From an uncultured beta proteobacterium (GTDB lineage Bacteria > Pseudomonadota > Gammaproteobacteria > Burkholderiales > SG8-41), in assembly GCA_963778865.1 (NCBI GenBank), contig CAVZWF010000007.1, positions 70,086-134,085 of the forward strand: a stretch of DNA of 64,000 bases, written 5' to 3'. Numbering within the stretch: the stretch's first letter is position 1; each line of letters starts with the position of its first letter. Below, in pieces: positions 60,708-64,000 of the stretch. The notes under the pieces were generated by a model, which did no database searches, was not told where the DNA came from, and saw only the letters and a program-made list of their open reading frames with translations. The translations under genes were made by a program, and so were the position numbers.

Positions 60708-62104
60708 GCCAGGGACTTGCGGCCCTTGGCGATGGCGGCTTTGACGCGCGCGGGCGCGGTGCCGCCGATGTGGCTGCGCGCGTTAAGCGCGCCCTCGAGC
60801 GTGAGCGCCGCGAACACGTCTTTGCCGATGAGCGCGGAAAACTGCTGCAGTTCGGGCAGAGTCAGCTCGGCGAGATCACAGCCGCGGCCTTCCGCAAAAC
60901 GCACCGCCTGCGCGACCGCTCGTGCGCTTCGCGAAACGGCAAGCCCTTCTTCACGAGGTAGTCGGCGAGATCGGTTGCGGTTGCGTAACCTTCCAGCGCG
61001 GCCTTGCGCATCGCCACCGCGTTGACCTTGATGCCGCCCAGCATTTCGCCGAACACGGCGAGGCTCGCGGTGAGCGTGTCCACCGTGTCGAACAACGGTT
61101 CCTTGTCTTCCTGGTTGTCCTTGTTGTAGGCGAGCGGCTGGCCTTTCATCAGGGTCAGGAGCGCGACCAGGTGGCCGTTGACGCGCCCGGTCTTGCCGCG
61201 TATCAGTTCCGGCACGTCGGGATTTTTTTTCTGCGGCATCATCGACGAGCCGGTGCAAAAGCGGTCGGCCAGTTCGACGAATCGAAAGCGCGGGTTCATC
61301 CAGATGATGATTTCCTCGCAGAAACGCGACAGGTGGGTCATCACCAGCGCGCCGGCGGCGCAGAACTCGATCGCGTAATCACGGTCGGACACCGCGTCGA
61401 GCGAGTTTTCGCACACCCCGTCAAAACCGAGCTCCTTCGCGACCTGCATGCGGTCGATCGGAAAGGTCGTGCCCGCGAGGGCGGCGCTCGCCCAGCGGCA
61501 GGCGGTTGACGCGTTTGCGGCAGTCGGCGAGCCGCTGCGCGTCGCGATTGAGCATTTCGAAGTACGCCATCAGGTGGTGCGCGAACGACACCGGCTGCGC
61601 GACCTGCATGTGCGTGAAGCCGGGCATGATGGTTTCGGTGTGCTGGTCCGCAAGATCGAGCAGCGCGCGCTGCGCAGCTCTGATGAGATCCGCAATCTCG
61701 TCGATCGCCGCGCGCAAATACAGCCGCACGTCGGTCGCCACCTGGTCGTTGCGCGAGCGCGCGGTGTGCAGCCGTTTGCCGGCATCGCCGGCGAGCGCCG
61801 TCAGGCGGCCTTCGATGTTCATGTGCACGTCTTCGAGGTCGACCGACCAGTCGAACGTGCCGGCGCGAATCTCGTCGCGGATGCGGGCGAGGCCCTGTTC
61901 GATGGCGGCGAGGTCGGCGGCATTCAGAATCTCGACCGCGTGCAGCATGCGCGCGTGCGCGAGCGAGCCCGCAATGTCGAATTCGGCCAGGCGCCGGTCG
62001 AAGTCAACGGACGCGGTGAAACGCTTGACGAGCCCGGTCACGGGCTCGGTAAAGCGTCCCGACCACGGCAAAGCCCCGCCGCTTTCCTGTTGCTCTTGCG
62101 TCAC
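60704..62104 (-). pseudogene. argH: Argininosuccinate lyase; two frame changes (about 61440 and about 60900)
   Basis: ..[74 protein letters not shown].. is in ORF 61421-62251. ..[24 protein letters not shown].. is in ORF 60862-61449. The tail ..[27 protein letters not shown].. is in ORF 60704-61258. Confidence 0.9.
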
Positions 62105-62106
62105 GT

Positions 62107-63138
62107 GTGGCGCTCTCACATAATCAAGCGGTGAGTATAAATCAAAACGCCAACGCGAGCGCCCTGCCGAACTTCCGCAACCTCGGGATACTGCTGCGAA
62201 TTCTGGTGATCGTCGACGGCATGTGTCTGGCCGCGGCGCTGCTGAAAACAACCGGACCGCTGGTGTTGGTCGAAGAGTTGATCGACCTCTCCTCGCTGGT
62301 GCAGCCGATACTCATGATGAGCCTATTGGTGCTGGCCACCGCCAACGACTGGCTGCATCGTTTGCGCTACCGGTATGCGGTTGGCGCGGTGCTCGCGGGC
62401 GAGCTCATGATCACCACGGTGGTACATTATTCCGGCCTGAATTTGTACGGCGGCATTAGCGCGCTCGAGCGCTACTGGATATTCACCGTGTTGATCACCG
62501 GCGTACTCATCGGCTACTTCGACCTGCGCGGGCGCGCGCTGTCGCCGGCGCTGACGGAGGCCCGTTTGCAGGCGTTGCAGGCACGCATACGCCCGCATTT
62601 CCTGTTCAACAGCCTCAACGCCGTGTTGAGCCTGATGCGGCAGGAACCGCGCCGCGCCGAACAGACGCTCGAAGACCTCGCGGATCTCTTTCGCGTGCTG
62701 ATGGCGGACAACCGCCAACTCACGCCGATCGCGCGCGAGGTCGAACTCGCCAAGCGCTACCTGAGTATCGAGCAATTGCGGCTGGGCGACCGCCTGCGCA
62801 TCGAATGGGACGTCATGCAATTGCCGGCGGACGCGGTGATTCCGCCGCTGGTGCTGCAGCCGTTACTGGAAAACGCCGTGTACCACGGCATTGAACCGCG
62901 CAGCGAACCCGGCACCATCAGTATCCGGATCAATCGCGACGGCGAACAGATCCACCTCACTTTGCGCAACCCGTACCGTCCCAGCGGCAACCACCATGCG
63001 GGCAACCGCATGGCGCTCGACAACATTCGCGAGCGGCTGGCCTTGCATTTCGATGCGGAAGCCGGTATCAAGACGGTGGCGACTGACGATATCTATGAAG
63101 TGCGCATCGTGATTCCCTATCTGAAGGCAGAGGCCTGA
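62107..63138 (+). CDS. algZ: LytS/AlgZ(FimS)-type sensor histidine kinase (His_kinase PF06580-like, no conventional ATP lid motifs checked)
   Basis: Intact ORF with a multi-TM N-terminus, then ..[58 protein letters not shown]... It is divergent from argH and followed by a LytTR regulator, as in Pseudomonas argH-algZ-algR. The real start is more likely GTG at 62131 (VSINQNAN..). The symbol is assigned by synteny only. Confidence 0.7.
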   Translation: MALSHNQAVSINQNANASALPNFRNLGILLRILVIVDGMCLAAALLKTTGPLVLVEELIDLSSLVQPILMMSLLVLATANDWLHRLRYRYAVGAVLAGELMITTVVHYSGLNLYGGISALERYWIFTVLITGVLIGYFDLRGRALSPALTEARLQALQARIRPHFLFNSLNAVLSLMRQEPRRAEQTLEDLADLFRVLMADNRQLTPIAREVELAKRYLSIEQLRLGDRLRIEWDVMQLPADAVIPPLVLQPLLENAVYHGIEPRSEPGTISIRINRDGEQIHLTLRNPYRPSGNHHAGNRMALDNIRERLALHFDAEAGIKTVATDDIYEVRIVIPYLKAEA

Positions 63139-63905
63139 TGGCCGCCGTGCAGGCGTTGCGCGTGCTGGTCGTCGACGACGAGGCGCCCGCGCGCAATCGC
63201 CTGCGCGACCTGCTTGCCGACTGCGCGCTCAAGCTGCCGCTCGAAATTGCCGGCGAAGCCGCGACCGGCCGCGAGGCGCTCGCGCTCTTGCCGGCGTGCG
63301 ACGCCGACGTGGTGCTGCTCGACATCCGCATGCCGGAAATCGACGGCATCGAAGTCGCGCAGCACATCCAGAAGCTCGATGAGCCGCCGGCCGTCATATT
63401 TACCACCGCCTATGACGCGTATGCGCTGAAAGCGTTTGAAGTGCACGCGATCGATTACCTCTTGAAGCCGATCCGGCTCGGCCGCCTCTTTGAGGCGCTG
63501 TCGCGCGCTCGCTCGCTCGCGCCTTTGCGGCTCGACGTGTTGCGCGAGATAAAGCCGGACGCGCGCAGCCACTTATCGGTCAACGAACGCGGGCGCATCC
63601 ACCTCATACCGGTGGCGGACATCGCGTTTCTCAAAGCGGAACTAAAATACGTGACGGTACGCACGGCGCAGCGCGAATTTCTCCTCGAGGAATCGCTGGC
63701 CAGGCTCGAGCAGGAGTTTTTCGGGCGTTTCGTGCGCATACACCGCAATTGCCTGGTCGCCAAGGATGCGATCCGCGGTTTCGAGCGTGCCACCGACGCC
63801 GACGGCGAGGGCCACTGGTTGGTGGTGCTGAACAACATCGCCGAGAAGCTCGACGTCAGCCGGCGCCAGCAGCATATCGTACGCGAACTGGGGAAAATCC
63901 TATGA
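63138..63905 (+). CDS. algR: LytTR-family response regulator (AlgR-like)
   Basis: Intact 255-aa ORF. The receiver domain reads LRVLVVDDEAPARNRL..DVVLLDIRMPEIDG..IDYLLKP. The LytTR domain reads ..IAFLKAELKYVTVRTAQREFLLEESLARLEQEF..FVRIHRNCLV... Its start overlaps the kinase stop. The symbol is assigned by synteny only. Confidence 0.75.
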   Translation: MAAVQALRVLVVDDEAPARNRLRDLLADCALKLPLEIAGEAATGREALALLPACDADVVLLDIRMPEIDGIEVAQHIQKLDEPPAVIFTTAYDAYALKAFEVHAIDYLLKPIRLGRLFEALSRARSLAPLRLDVLREIKPDARSHLSVNERGRIHLIPVADIAFLKAELKYVTVRTAQREFLLEESLARLEQEFFGRFVRIHRNCLVAKDAIRGFERATDADGEGHWLVVLNNIAEKLDVSRRQQHIVRELGKIL

Positions 63906-64000
63906 TGTCACGACTGTTGGCCGTGTGGATCCTGGCGCAAGCCGCGAACGCGGTGGCGGCGGACGCGCCATTCGGCGTGCTCGACATTACCCTCGGGGCG
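63902..64000 (+). CDS. 5' end of a secreted/periplasmic protein (partial, runs off window)
   Basis: There is an ATGA overlap with the algR-like stop. MMSRLLAVWILAQAANAVAADAPFGVLDITLG.. looks like a signal peptide. Only 33 codons are visible. Confidence 0.4.
   Translation, partial: MMSRLLAVWILAQAANAVAADAPFGVLDITLGA

Overview
GC-rich (by eye about two-thirds G+C) chromosomal segment. It is most likely from a Burkholderiales-type betaproteobacterium, based on five Bug/TctC-family receptors, hemA-prfA-prmC-grxD synteny and argH-algZ-algR synteny. I saw no rRNA, tRNA, CRISPR, transposase, integrase or phage genes.

Content from left to right:
1. An SOS mutagenesis cassette, lexA-imuA-imuB-dnaE2, on the minus strand. 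It is preceded by an uncharacterised gene carrying a canonical LexA box.
2. An orphan NMT1-type binding protein with an AtuA-like DUF1446/DUF4387 pair.
3. A dCache-GGDEF-EAL signalling protein.
4. A catabolic island of about 20 kb (12.1-31.9 kb). It holds family III CoA-transferases, a MaoC-like hydratase, a CitE-like lyase, an HMGL-like enzyme, MmgE/PrpD, PrpB, dehydrogenases, two tandem signal-peptide methyltransferases and five Bug receptors.
5. Housekeeping genes hemA, prfA, prmC and grxD.
6. A TauE/SafE exporter, a GMC oxidoreductase and a membrane protein.
7. Two branched-chain-amino-acid-type ABC operons flanking an iron alcohol dehydrogenase.
8. An EamA transporter, an Xsc-like ThDP enzyme, a TRAP transporter and two tandem LacI regulators.
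9. An orphan gene, a fructosamine-kinase-family gene, argH and an AlgZ/AlgR-like two-component pair.

Main caveat and main oddity: by manual reconstruction, roughly half of the genes need one or more frame changes to give the full-length family protein. These disruptions are strongly clustered, and multi-kb blocks are clean. I label such genes pseudogene, meaning 'frame-disrupted as given'. Assembly indel errors are at least as likely as real decay.

Other points of interest:
- An 18-bp perfect palindrome in front of lexA.
- Heptad arrays that place stop codons in all three frames at gene ends.
- Two families of intergenic palindromic repeats, one of them inserted in frame inside prmC.
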